Source: Camelus dromedarius
Taxonomy: Eukaryota
DNA length: 64,000 nt
Assembly (NCBI RefSeq): GCF_036321535.1
Contig: NC_087437.1
Location: 92,568,001 to 92,632,000 of the forward strand
Direction: 5' to 3'
The notes under the pieces were generated by a model. It searched no databases. It was not told where the DNA came from and saw nothing but the letters and a program-made list of their open reading frames with translations. How positions within the stretch are numbered: the stretch's first letter is position 1; the number at the start of each line of letters is the position of its first letter. Made by a program: the position numbers and the translations under genes. Below are positions 24,913 through 37,519 of this stretch, in pieces.

Positions 24913-27900
24913 GGAGATGATGGAGCAGGAGGAAGTTGTGCTCACCTCCCTCCCCAAACACATCAAAAATACTTATGGAGAAATTCTTATTGAAAACAAA
25001 CTGGAGACTGCCAAAAAGAGTCTTATGCAACAAAAGCTATAAAGAAAGACTCATGTGGAGTCAGGTAGGAAGGGAAGAAAAGAAATCAGATTGGGACCTG
25101 TGCCACTAGGAGGGGACACAGAAGAGGAGGGGGATTAATCAGGCTTAGAGATCTTCCTTGGGGGGTGAGCAATTCAAACCACATGTTGGGGTCCCTAGGC
25201 CTTTGATTTGATACCAGGAAGACAAGTCTCATTAGCTAGTCTGAATACCAGTGGGACTTACAGGAAGGCTGTAAGAAATCTAGACCACTTATGAAGAGCA
25301 TGCACATGTTTGCTTACTCCTGGAAACAAGGTGAAGGAAGCAGATTGAAACTGTCCAGGATTCTGGCTGGTTTCCTACAATTGCCCTAGACCATGTCCCA
25401 TATCACTGCCAAGTGCCCACTCCAGCACCTTTAGCTCTGGCCAGCTCTACAATAGGGCAAATGTTGCCCCTGCTAAAAAGAGTGCATATTTGGGGGGACA
25501 CAGAGAGGGCTCAGATCCAGCATGGCATCCAATTGGGGCAAAGTCAACCATTACTGATGTTCCTGGAGGTGACAGATTGGGAGCAGTTTTGCACACCCCA
25601 GCCCACACTGAGTGCCCAAACTGGCCCCTCTGGCCCCTTTGCAACTCCACACTAGGGAGAAGGTTGCATTTGCCAAGGGGAGTACACAGCTATGGTAGAC
25701 AAAGTAAGCCTGGGCCAAATATGGCACCCCAAGAGAGCAAATGCAACCATTTTAGGCATTCAAAGAGGAGACAGATCTGGAGTGGTCTGGAACTCTGACT
25801 GGTGTGCTAGGACCATCCTAGTGAGTAACCCAGCCCACACCTGGCATCTGTTCTGGCCCATCCTGCTCCAGCACTGCTCCTCTCTGGGTTGAAGATGCTG
25901 TTACTGTGAGTGGGAGAGCTCACACTTAGAGGGAGCCAAACCAGCTCGGACTCAAGCCTCAGGGCTTCTGCTCCAGCAACTTGGGATACAACCCCACCCC
26001 GACAGGTGGTGACAACCACTGAGCATAGGATAAGCACTGGCTCACACCTGGCTCCGGCTCTAGCCCTCCATTTCCAGCCCTATCTCCAACCAAAGTGATA
26101 CCTGGCAGCATACCCTGGGGGGAGATGTGACCCATGCTCACTTCAGATCCAGCTCTCCCACCAATGCCTCTGGAGACATGTAGACTGTGGATATGCTCCC
26201 ACACAAAGCTGACACTTCAAGACAAGGGTAGGTAACTGTTTTCACCTAATTTCAAAGAGACAGAGAAAGTCAATCAAAGTGAGAAGACAGAAGACTTTGT
26301 TTCAAATTTTTAAAAAATCTGAAAATACAATCAATGAAACAGAGATAAACAATTTACTAGAAAAAAAAAAGAGTTCACAGCATTAGCTAAAAAAAAAAAA
26401 AAAAACCTGCTAATTGAATTGGGGGAAAGAATAGATGAACACAGTGAGAATTTTAAAAAGGAACTAGAAAATATAAGAAACAACTAGTCAGAGTTGAAGA
26501 ACATAATAACTGAAATGAAAAACATACTAGAAAGAATGAATAGCAGGCTAGGTGTTCTTTAAGAACACATTAGTGATCTGAAAGTTAAAAAAAAAAAAAA
26601 AGGAAATCACTCAATCAGAACAGCAAAAAGAAAGCAAAAATGAGAACAGTTTAAGGGATCTCTGGAACATCAAGTGTGCTAACATTTGTATTATATGAGT
26701 CCCAAAAGGAGAAGATAAAGAGATGAAGATCAAAAGGTTGAAAACTTCCCAAAACTGAAGAAGAAAACATGTATCCGGGAACAGGAATCACAAAAGAGTC
26801 CCAAACAAGAGGATCTCAAAGAGATCCAAACTAAGACACATCATAGTAAAAATGGCAAAAGTTAAAGATAAACAGAGATTTCTAAATGCAGCTAAGTAAA
26901 AATGATCACATATAAGGAAATCTCCATAAGGCTATCAGCTGATTTTTCTGCAGAAACTTTGCAGGCAAGAAGGGAACAGCATGATACATTTAAAGTACTG
27001 AAAGAGAAAAAACCTACAACCTAGGATACTCTACGCAGCAAAATTATCGTTCAGAATTGAAGGAGAGATAAAGAACTTCACAGATAAGCAAAAACTAAAA
27101 GAGTTTACAAATACTAAACTGGCCCTAAAAGATATGTTAAAGGGTCTTTTTTAAGTGAAAAAGAAAAGCCTCCAACAAGAAATAAGAATTATACAAAAGG
27201 AAAAATCCCACTAGCAAAGGCAAATATATAGTAAAGGCTATGAATCAACCACTTAAACAAGCAAGCACGAAGATTAAAAGACAGAAATTATAAAATCAAC
27301 TATTATTACAATAAATAGTTAAGGAATAAACATGAAGATGTAAAATATGACATCAAAAACACAAAACGTTGAGGGAGAGACATTAAAAAAAATGTATCTT
27401 TAGGTCTTTTAGATAGTTTGAATTTAAATGACTATCAGTTAAAACAAGTAGATACAGTTAAAGGTCAACATATATGAACCCCATGGTAACCATAAATCGA
27501 AAACCTACAATAAATACACAAAATTAGAGACAAACAAACCAAGCATACCACTAAAGAAAATAAATAAATACAATGGAAGAAACTAAAAGACAAGAACAGA
27601 TAATAACTATAAAAACAATCAGAAAATAAAAATAAAATGGCAATAAGTACATACCTATCAATAATCACTTTAAATATCAATGGAGTAAATGCTCCAATCA
27701 AAAGACATAGAGTGGCTGATTGGATCAAAAAACAAGACCCATCTATCTATAGGCTGCTTACAAGAGACTCACTTCAGGGCTAACATGAGTGGGTAAAAAA
27801 AATATTCCTTGCAAATGAAAATGACAGGAAAGCTGGAGTATTGATATACTCATATTAAGCAAAGTACACTTTAAATCAAAGTCTATAACAAAGGACAAAG

Positions 27901-28433
27901 AAGGGCATTACATAATGATAAAGGAATCACTAAAGAAATGGACATAACATTCATTAACATATATGCACATAATATAGGAATGCCTAAATATATAAAGCAA
28001 ATATGAACAGACATAAAGGGGAAAATTGACAATATAATAATAAGAGACTTTAACATCCCACTTATATAAATGGACAGATCATCCAGACAAAACCAATAAG
28101 GCAACAGGGTTCCTATATGACAAAATAGACCCATTGGACTTAATAGACATCTACAGGACATTCCATCTAAAAACAACAGAATATACATTTCTTTCAAGTG
28201 CACATGGAACATTCCCCAGGATATATCACATGCTAGGCCATAAAACACATCTCAACAAATTTAAGAGGATAGAAATCATAAGAAGCATTCCTTCCAACCA
28301 CAATGGTATGAAACAGGAAATCAATTACAAGAAGAAAACTGGGAATGATACGAACACATGGAGACTAAACAGCATGCTCCAAAAAAAAAAAAAAAAATCA
28401 ATAGGTCAATGAAGAAATTAAAGACAAAAAAAA
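24913..28433 (+). mobile_element. Younger L1 nested in the L1MA9-like element; 5'-intact, 3'-truncated
   Basis: 5'UTR 24913-~26275, ORF1 remnant ~26279-27153, ORF2 ATG at 27637 (MAISTYLSIITLNINGVNAPIKRHRVADWIKKQDP), ends in A8; TSD-like aaaagaaaagaaatcct / aaaagaaggaaatccc. Confidence 0.9.
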
Positions 28434-28913
28434 GAAGGAAATCCCGTCATTTGTGACTTCATGGTTGCATCTTGAGGACATTATGCTAAATGAAATAAAT
28501 CAGATAGGAAAAGAAAAATACCATAGGATCTCACATATATGTGGGAATTCTAAAAAGAAATGAATTCACAGAAACAAGAATTAGATTGGTGGTTGCTTGG
28601 GGGCTGGAGAAATGGGGTGATGTTGGTCAAAGGGTATGAACTTCCAGTTATAAGAGTAAGCTCTGGGGGTCTAACGTACAGCACAGTAACTATAGTTAAC
28701 AATACCATATTATATAATGAAAGTTGCTAAGAAGTAGGTCTTAAAGGTTCTCACCATAAAAATTAGTAAACATGTGACATGATGGCTGTATTAATATACC
28801 TTATTATGGATATCATTTTGCAATATATACGTATATCAAATCATCATGCTGTAAACCTTAAGTTACATAATGTTGTATGTAATTCTATCTCAGTAAAGCT
28901 GGGGGAGGAAAAA
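28426..28913 (+). mobile_element. L1MA9-like element, right part (ORF2 end and 3'UTR)
   Basis: gaaggaaatcccgtcatttgtgac...ggtcaaagggtatgaacttccagttataag...tatctcagtaaagctgggg. Confidence 0.88.
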
Positions 28914-28914
28914 G

Positions 28915-29455
28915 GGGTTTCGCTCTTTTCCAAACAAGACCCTAACCTTAGCATAGCATATTTGCCACAGCTGATAATTCAGTCTTCTCTAAAGTTCTCC
29001 TCTCCTTGTAATTAGGTACTGAGTCTGATCCTTTGCTTTTTATATCTGACTGTAGGAGATGAGAGTCTCTTCATATTCTGCCAAGAAGATACTCTGGTTT
29101 TCACATTTCATTTTAAATTGGTGTTTAAAAACCAAAGCCCCTGTCTGTCTTTCCCAGGAAATTGATGACATTCAGCAGTAGCCATCCAGTTCCATTGTCC
29201 TACATTTACTGCTTGTTCTGAACTTCTCAATCATTGAAGTTATTGTACTCATCAGTGCACTTCTTTCTACTGGTATGTTACCCTAGTTGACCATTAGTGA
29301 ATATTTTAACAATTGCACAATCACAACATTCCTGGGAATATTATCATTGCATTCATCACCCATAATAAGGGATGCATTGCTATCTGGCTAGCAGGTGACT
29401 AAGCCCCCAAATCTCTTAGAATCTGTTTCCTTGGAAGTCTCAGATTCCGGCACCA
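28915..29455 (-). mobile_element. ERV-L leader / gag 5' remnant
   Basis: Lies between the L1 insertion and the PBS/5' LTR. The gag assignment is positional. Confidence 0.65.
29438..29455 (-). promoter_or_regulatory. Retroviral primer-binding site, tRNA-Phe-like
   Basis: Minus strand TGGTGCCGGAATCTGAGA directly after the LTR; 14/18 to TGGTGCCGAAACCCGGGA, all mismatches transitions. Confidence 0.7.
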
Positions 29456-29456
29456 A

Positions 29457-29872
29457 CTCTTAGGTCAGATTTCATTTGCTGCAGAGCAGAACTGGGGACA
29501 GAGATTTAAATGAAAGGAGTTTAATGTGCTTGGGATCAACACCTGTGGAGGAGTGGGGCAAGCAGGAAAGGACAGAGGAGGAAGTTGAGTTGTAATTCTA
29601 TTGTAACAAAAGACAGCCATTTCCAAGGAGACTTCTGAAGCTGTAATAGTTCATAGTTGTACCCACAAAACACAAGGGAGCCACACAGTTTATTCCCAAC
29701 ATGACTCAGTCAAGATATACAAGCTGCCCTAGGGAAAACAGAGACATGGACGAGGTAATCTCATTTGTCTGACAGCAATTCCTGAGGGTGGAACTAGCTA
29801 CGAAGAATCTGCAGGTAATACCTGCAACAGTGGGGGAATTGATCTGGGTGACACGCTACAGCGATCACTATA
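29457..29872 (-). mobile_element. 5' LTR of ERV-L provirus (LTR16-like)
   Basis: tcttaggtcag...ggacagaggaggaagttgagttgtaat...aattcctgaggg...atctgggtgacac...cactata is collinear with 17311-17689. Confidence 0.82.
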
Positions 29873-32189
29873 AATAACTTAGTGAAAACTTTTTATTAAA
29901 GTGATAATCTCCTAATTTATTATATCTGCACATTTGTCTCCAGGTGTTAAATTTGTTTAAAGAATATTTAGCTTAAACAACTTTTAAAAAGCATATAAAA
30001 TCTAACCAAAAGGAAATCACTTTTAATTTATAGTATAAATCCTCTAACCTATATAAAAACCTTCTGTCCTATAATAAAAATGTTTTTAAAATATCTTTGT
30101 TTTTTTGCAGGAGTAAAGACCAAAGAACAGAGCTCTACCTATGAAGACAATATAAGTTCTTGAAAAAAAAAAATTTCTCTCTGTTAATTAGTACATTTTC
30201 ACTGATGTTAAGCATTCATAATTGGAAAATCCCACTCTTTATTGGGATTTAAAATATATCTGTATGGAGCATAATGAAGTTTTAAATAGAATAATGATTA
30301 ATATTTTCTAAACATCTCCTTTTTCTGTGAAAAACAGTTTCTGAGAATAACCACTGTAGTTACTAGGCCTTTTGAGACAACCCTGAGGGCTGAGAAAAGC
30401 TGAATATAAAGGTGGGAAAAAGGGAAGTACAGGTTTTTCAATCTGAAATTTAAGTTTTCTGAATTCTAAGTGAAAAATGTGAGCATATACGGGTTAAGGA
30501 TCCATTTCCCGTAACAGATGATGCATCTTTCACACCGTCCTAAAACCATTCCTTTATGAGCCCCTTAACTTCATGAAGTCAGATAAATTGTTTGGAGAAT
30601 AGCTTCATGGTTTGCTGCCTTCTCAAGGGTTCAGTGTCTCTCAGGCTGTAAGAGAGTTTGTCTTTGTCAGTGATTATACTTGTGAGATTTAGTCTAAACC
30701 TCTCATCAAAAAAGGATCCATCCATTTCCACTCCTCATATATTAACTGGAGAAGTTCAAATTCAGTATAGGTCAGACAGGAATAGACACAGTGCCATCCT
30801 CTACAATTTTTAAAGATCCATTCTAATTAATTCCCCCATCTTCATCCCAACTTCTTTCTTCTATTTTTTTAAAACAGAGGATTCCATGTATATCAATAAA
30901 TGCAAAATGGTAATGAAGGAGAAAGAAGATCCAAGAAACAATGGGCAAAACTAAAGAAGACAGAGCTCACCCTTTGTTTTGTTCTCCCCAGTAAGTTTCT
31001 GTGTGAAAAATTCTCAGACTATATATAAATATACAGACATAGCATTTCTCAGACAGAAGAGAAGATAGATGAAGATATTCCCTGCCCTTAAAAGTGGTGA
31101 CAAGACTAACCTAAACTCAGTACTGCCCACAGAGATAACCAATGCCCTCCAAATTCTGAGACCTCCTGTCTCAGGCTTCCATATTCAGCAATAATAAAGA
31201 ATTCCCTCAAAGCAGAAGTATCACGTAAACATCAATTGAACAAACCTCTTCACCCAACCCCAGAAGAGTGAGCCAAGCTCTCTACCATGTGACTGGAGTT
31301 GAGGATTCAGGTCCGAGCACTTTTGAAGACTAGGCATTCATTCTCTCCTCCTTGTACTTCAGAATAAGTGTTCCCTCTGACCATCCTTTTTTGTCCCCAG
31401 AGGCGGAGTGGCAGGAGGAGCTTTGCTCATGGTGAGGACGACCATGGCATAGCTACACCCTAGAATCCTAGTTCCAGTTTCCCTATGTGTTTCATCACAT
31501 TGTGAGCAAATTTAATCCTACTGGTGGCTAAGCACTGATGACTGGAGAAGCTGGTTCATAAAGTCTGTTTTGGAGATTTAGAGAGAGAATCTGCAGGTAA
31601 GTAATCTTGAGCATACTGCATTGGGAAAGATCTAAATATTAGAAAGAAAACTCAATGAGATTATGATCTGTCCAGCAATAACAAATACAGGGAAAGAGCA
31701 TTTCAACTCTTGTTTTGAAACTGTAATAAAGAGAAGTTTGAATGAGGATAGGAGCAAAGTAGAATAAAGAATGTTATCAATCATGGATTTGTAACAAGGA
31801 CTCTAGTAAGGACCACTTTCAGAAGAATTGTTCTTTTGTCAAGAGCTTTAAAAAACTTAAATCTTAGTTTGCTAAGCTCAGTTAATGCCTTCTGCACCAA
31901 CACTTCACTGTTTGACTAAACTATATGAACAAAGCATATTAGGTCTGCCAGACTTCACTTCACACCAATTGGAGAGCAAACCACAACTCCCCAAGGTCAC
32001 GTGTATACTCTGAGGAAGGGCCTGGGTAGTGGTGGAGCTGGATGTCTTAAACACCCACTAGTTAGAGGAGAGAGTACCCTGCAAGAGTACCAAGGGGATA
32101 ATTACACTGAGAAAGTTTAAGACCCTTGAGATAAACCAGTGGAACAAGACAGCATAAAACAAAAAAAGAGTACCCATAACTATAGTAAT

Positions 32190-32745
32190 CAGTGGTATAT
32201 TTGTAAACCACTTTCCTGTATAGATGGATAAGTAGGTGCAGTGCTCAATGCCATTTATATGTGCAGTTTCATCCCCAGTGTGATGGTATTTGGAGATGAG
32301 GCCTTTGGTAGGTGATTAGGTCATGATGGTAGAGACCTCTTGAATGGAACTAATGCCCTTATTAAAGAGACCTTATAGAACTCCCTTACCCCTCTATCAT
32401 GTGACGACATCGCAAGAAAGTGGCCATCTATGAACCAGGAAGTAATCCCTCACCAGATACCAAGTATGTGCCTTGATCTTAGACTTCTCAGCCTCCATAA
32501 TTGCTAGAAATAAATGTTTATTGTTTAAGCCACTCAGTCTATGACATTCTTGTTACAGCTGTTCCAACAGACTAAGACACTGGGAATCCTAAGTCAGTAG
32601 CACATGCTACTGTTTATGGTGTGAATACTTACACCATGGCAAAATTTAAACTATCAGTGTTTTAACAGCTGACATGCAAAATTTCTGCACTTTTTAACAT
32701 TTGTCTCCTGGGAACCAATACAAGCCAGTTCTGTCATACCACTAG
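32190..32745 (+). mobile_element. hAT-Blackjack MITE (MER63-like) split by a MaLR LTR
   Basis: TIR-like cagtggtat / ataccacta; internal ggtgtgaatacttacaccatggc. Confidence 0.6.
32225..32579 (+). mobile_element. MaLR solo LTR (MLT1A-like)
   Basis: ccccagtgtgatggtatttggagatgaggcctttgg...ccttgatcttagacttctcagcctcca...actaagaca. The 5' edge is uncertain. Confidence 0.85.
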
Positions 32746-33549
32746 CACAACCTAATGACAGTAAAAGAACCAGGACACACACAATTATCTTGGCCATATC
32801 AGGCTAAGAATATCTGCCCCTTTTCTGAGGTATTGAAAATAAGATTTAAAAAGAAAGAAAACTATCATAGAGAATTTTATACAGGTTGCATTTAAGTAAA
32901 CTCTATGTGGATAAGTTTATGTAGTCCCTATACATGCTGTGAATTCATTTTCTCTCTTGGCCATCTTTATAAATTCCCAAATTAAAGAACTTCTTTAGTT
33001 ATAAGAATAGACCCCAAAGTGGACTCAGTAGATCTTTACTGACAATTACCAGCTAGCATCTAATACTAAAATAAAGAGGTGAGAAAAGTAGCAACCTAAC
33101 AAGATAGATTAAAAACTTCTGATATGGGTATAAAATACATTAAATTTTTAGAGAGTTTTCCATTTGTGCAATATTAACTGTGAAATCATATTTTGTTGAC
33201 AAATGTGTATCAATGTATTAATATACCTAGGCTTGCATAGAGATAATGCAAATAAGTTATAATTTAAGTATCTTTGGTCTTATTAGGATGTATACTCAGT
33301 CCCTGTGATCCTAAAAAAGAGAAACCCTATATTATATATATATATATCTTTGAGCTAAAAGACCAGAAATAACAACAAAATCACCCTTCCAAAATAAAAG
33401 ACTTATAATGTTGAAAAGAGACCCCCAAATTCTTAAGTTCAAGGAAACCACAAAGAAACAAGACAATAAGGGTCAGTTATTTTTGAAGCTGAAAAGTTTG
33501 TATTTTAGATTTTTTTTCAAGAATTTAGAATACTTTAAGTTGCTTTTTG

Positions 33550-34165
33550 TAATTGATTTAACAAATACTTTCCTTAAGACATACTTCTAGGCACTTCAGA
33601 GGATATAAATATGAATCTTGTTCTTCAGGAGTTTGTATTCTAGAGGGAAAGAGATATGTACACAAAACATAATGAAATATGGCTGTAATAATTGTTTTCA
33701 TAGAGGCTGAATGTCCTCTAGTCATTGCAAGGGTGGCTAATGGAGGGACTCATTCTAAGATGAGATCTAGTAAAACTTGTAGGGTTAATGAAAATGTGAT
33801 ATCCCTAGGGTTTCAACTGTCAAAGTTAAACGGAATAAGCACTCAAACTTAGAAACAGCAACAAAAACAACTTTAATTAAAAGTTCAAAGGAGTGCTTTT
33901 CCAGGGTGTGTTGGACACAGAGTGAAAAAGTCAATATTATTGGACCAAAGAATATGTGAGCTGAGGTAGAGGAGGACAAAAAAAATTTGTTTACAAAAAT
34001 TATAGCAAGAACCAATAATCAAAAGTCTTAAATCACATGATTAAAAGTTTGGTATTCTTTTAAGAGGTGGTGAGAAGCTTCTTAAAATTATCTGATCTCA
34101 TAGCTATGAATACAGATTTATGGGACAATAATTCTGGAAGACATAAAAAGTGTCTGAACTAGAGT
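33550..34165 (-). mobile_element. Decayed LINE-2
   Basis: ttctaggcact...ttcaggagtttgtattctagaggg...aagtttggtattctttta. Confidence 0.55.
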
Positions 34166-34179
34166 AGCTGTGATGGGAA

Positions 34180-34380
34180 TGTAAAAACTTAGGACTACTA
34201 TTTGCAAGGGATCCCAAAAAAGCAACTTAAATAGATTTGTTCAAAAGATAGAATTTATTGTATCAAGTAACTGAAAATCAAACAGCTGCTTGATTCAGAG
34301 GCTCAAAAGATGTCACTTGAACACAATATCTCTCCATATTTTTACACTTGTCAATGTCCACTTTATTTTCAACTTCCATA
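34180..34380 (-). mobile_element. Old MaLR LTR fragment (MLT1J/K-like)
   Basis: gaatttattgtatcaagtaactgaaaa...cttgattcagaggctcaaaagatgtca. Confidence 0.5.
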
Positions 34381-34439
34381 TGATTATACGGTATTAACAA
34401 TAGGTTTGGGATATATCACCTAGGAATTATGACCTCTAG

Positions 34440-35878
34440 ATGGCTGAATAAAACATTAACATTTTTTGAAGACATTGTCAAGCTATTTCAAAATTTATAT
34501 AAAAAAGAAAGGGACTTAACAAAAAAAGTTGTTAAAAAGAACATAGTTGAATAACTTATACTACTATAATCAACCTAGTCAAGAATGTATGATATGGGAT
34601 AAAGGGTATGCCTGAAGATCAATGGAATAAAGCAGAAGTCTAGAAATAGACATATATATATATATAGTCAAGTTGTCAAAGTAACTAAATGGAAGAGAAA
34701 AGAGTCTTTTTAACAAATGGAGCTGGGATAGCTAAATATATGAAAGAAAAGAACCTCAAATTTCACACTACATACAAAAATTACCTTAAAATATATCCTG
34801 TATCTAAACATAAAAGCTGAAACAATAAAACGTCTGGAAGAATGTAAGAGAAAAATCTCTGTCATGTAACATTAGGCAATGATCTTCTAGATAATGTACA
34901 GAATCAGAAACCATAAAAAGGTAAAAATGATAAATTATGTTTCATCAAAATTAAAAACACGTGCTCTTTGAAATACATGGTTAAGAAAAGAAAACACAAA
35001 CTACAGACTGGGAGAAATGTTTGCAAAACATACCTGGGAAGGAATGGGTATTTAGAATACATTAATAACTCCTATGATTCAACAATAACAAGACAAACAA
35101 CCCAATTAGTAAATGGCAAAAAATTTGAAAAGGCATTTCTTTATGAGAAAACATGCACATGTACAATAAACACATGAAAAGATGTGTAATAGTACCAGCC
35201 ATCATAGAAATACAAAGAAAAAACACAATAAAATAGCACCACATACCCATAAGAACGGCTAAAATTAAAAAGCCCAACATTACCAAGCGCTGGAGAGGAT
35301 GTGGCACAGAAGGAACTCTCATATATTGTACATGAAACCAAATATTACAACTACTCTGAAAAGTTTGCCAATGCCTTTTAATTTAAACATATACATCATA
35401 AACCCTAGCAGTCACAGTCCTAATTACTGACCCAAGAGAAAGAGAACATATTTTCTTGCAAAGATTTGTGTACAAATGTTTATAACAGAATTACTCATAA
35501 AAACAAAAGAATCACTCAAAAGGTCATCAACTGATGAATAGGTAAACAAATTGCAATATATCCATGCTGTAGGATACTACTTAGTAAGAGAACAAATCAT
35601 TGATAATGCAACAGCACGGATAATCTAAAATGCATTATGCTAAGTGAGTAAGTTGAATGCAAAAGACTACATGCTATATGATTCCCTTTGTGTCTAATTC
35701 TAGTAAAGGCAAAACTAAAGTAAAATAGAGCAGATTAGCAGTTACCTAGGACTAGGCCAGTAGAGGCTGTTAAGAGGATAAAGAAATATTAAGGATGAAG
35801 GAAATGCTCTTTATTTTGAACTTAAAATGGGAAAATTATCTTCCATTTAGATTTCACCACAATAAATGTGAGGAAAAA
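34440..35878 (+). mobile_element. Ancient 5'-truncated L1 (L1MB/L1ME-like), ORF2 C-terminus and 3'UTR
   Basis: gatcaatggaataaagcagaagtctagaaataga...agactgggagaaatgtttgcaaaacata...cattatgctaagtga...aaaggcaaaact. Confidence 0.85.
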
Positions 35879-36011
35879 TTATTCCTGAACCTCTCATTCC
35901 TCTTTCATTTTATCTCTTTCTCCTTCTCCAAAAGTTTTGTCCTAGAAAAGTAAAATGTGGTATTGGACTTGAAATGAAGGGGTAGTGTCAGTACATAGTT
36001 TTGATAAGGGG

Positions 36012-36049
36012 GTGTGTGTGTGTGTTTGTGTGTGTCTGTGTGTGTGTGT
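36012..36049. repeat. (GT)n microsatellite
   Basis: Directly visible. Confidence 0.95.
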
Positions 36050-37250
36050 ATTCCTTATCTCTGTCCACTGAAAGATACTAAAAGCAGTGATACCTCAGTG
36101 GCAATAAACACATTTAACACCCAGATATTGGTTTCTAATCATCATCCTACAATAAAATACACTAGATCTTCTTGGAGAAATGGTTGATTTTATAGCTCAC
36201 CTAGAAAATGCAGAAGTACTCAAAGAATAATGGGGTCATGAAAACACAGAAGATAGTTTAAAGGGATTTCCACTGTTTAAATCAAAGAGAATGTGAGCAT
36301 CAAAATAAATAATGATAGTAACCCATCAAGTAAAATAGTAATTAATTCTCTACCCATGTATCCATACTGATATAAAGACATTTATAAATTGAAACTTTGA
36401 TGAGGAATGGGATAGTCATATGGTCCCAATATTCCTCCACACAGAATGTTCATTGATACCAAAAGAAAAAGGAGTAGAATTAAATTAGGGAATTCCAGAA
36501 GACACCACTTTAATCAAGTAATCAAAGTGAATATAATCAGTAATATGGCTAATTAAAATTGGTTGCTACCTGACAGGATGAAAATCCTAAAGGAAATCAT
36601 GAGGATTTATAGACAAGGCCAAACTGAGGCACACAATGTAAAATAACTATACTCAGTCTTCAAAATTGTCAAAATAATGAAAGTTAAGACTGAGGAACTG
36701 TTCCAGATGGAAGGAGATCAAACAAACATGACAACTAAATGTAATGTATGATCCAAGATTTATTAGTTTGATATAAAGGATGTCATTGGATGGGACAATT
36801 GATAAAACTTGAGTTGGATCTGAAGATTAGATGGTGTACCGGGAGAATAGTGGCCCCTTAAAGATGCACAGAACCTAGGAAAATGTTACTTTGCATGGCC
36901 AAAGGAACTCTGCAAATGTGAGTAAGTTAAGGATGTTAAAATAAAGATATTGCCCTTGATTATTCAAGGGGACCTAATGTAATCATAAGAGACTTTGTAA
37001 TTGAAAGGAGGATGCAGGAGAGTCAGAGTCAGAGTTACAAAGAGATTCAAAAATGCTGCACTTCTGACTTTAAAGACGGAGGAAAGGGGCCATGATCTCA
37101 ATAGTTACATCATTGCTATAGAGGAGAATGTTTGGGTCTTTAGGAATTACATGCCATTTAGAGAGTGATAGAACATTATCCCAAATAGCTCAGAGGAAAA
37201 AAAAAAAAATTAAATGTTACTTCCAATTTCTCTGTAAGTTTGGGATCAAT
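36050..37250 (+). mobile_element. L1 3'UTR (L1MC3/L1MD-like), interrupted by an MLT1D fragment
   Basis: cacccagatattggtttctaa...ttggagaaatggttgatt...aagactgaggaactgttccagatggaaggaga...catgacaactaaatg. Confidence 0.8.
36835..37095 (+). mobile_element. MaLR LTR 5' half (MLT1D-like)
   Basis: aatgttactttgcatggccaaaggaactctgcaaatgtga...ctaatgtaatcataaga...gacggaggaaaggggccatga. Confidence 0.8.
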
Positions 37251-37519
37251 TTGGCCTAAATAATCAGATATCCTTGACTAAATTAGTTATTATGGGCAAA
37301 GGGACAGAATTTCAGATATAACAAAACCGATGAATAGAGATGTGATGTCGTAATTCTATACAAAGCGCTTAGTTGCTTGAAGCAGACATTTGCATGAGAA
37401 AGAAAAGTGGAAGGTAGCCAGAAAAACCGACAAAAGTTCACTACAGGAGTTAAAAGCAAGATAAACATTAGAATAGCATTTCAGAAAGAGACTAAACTGG
37501 ACTTAGGAAAAAAGAGGAA

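Noticed and set aside
25413..26204. Cluster of 62-102 aa ORFs
   Set aside because: GC-rich 5'UTR of the nested L1.
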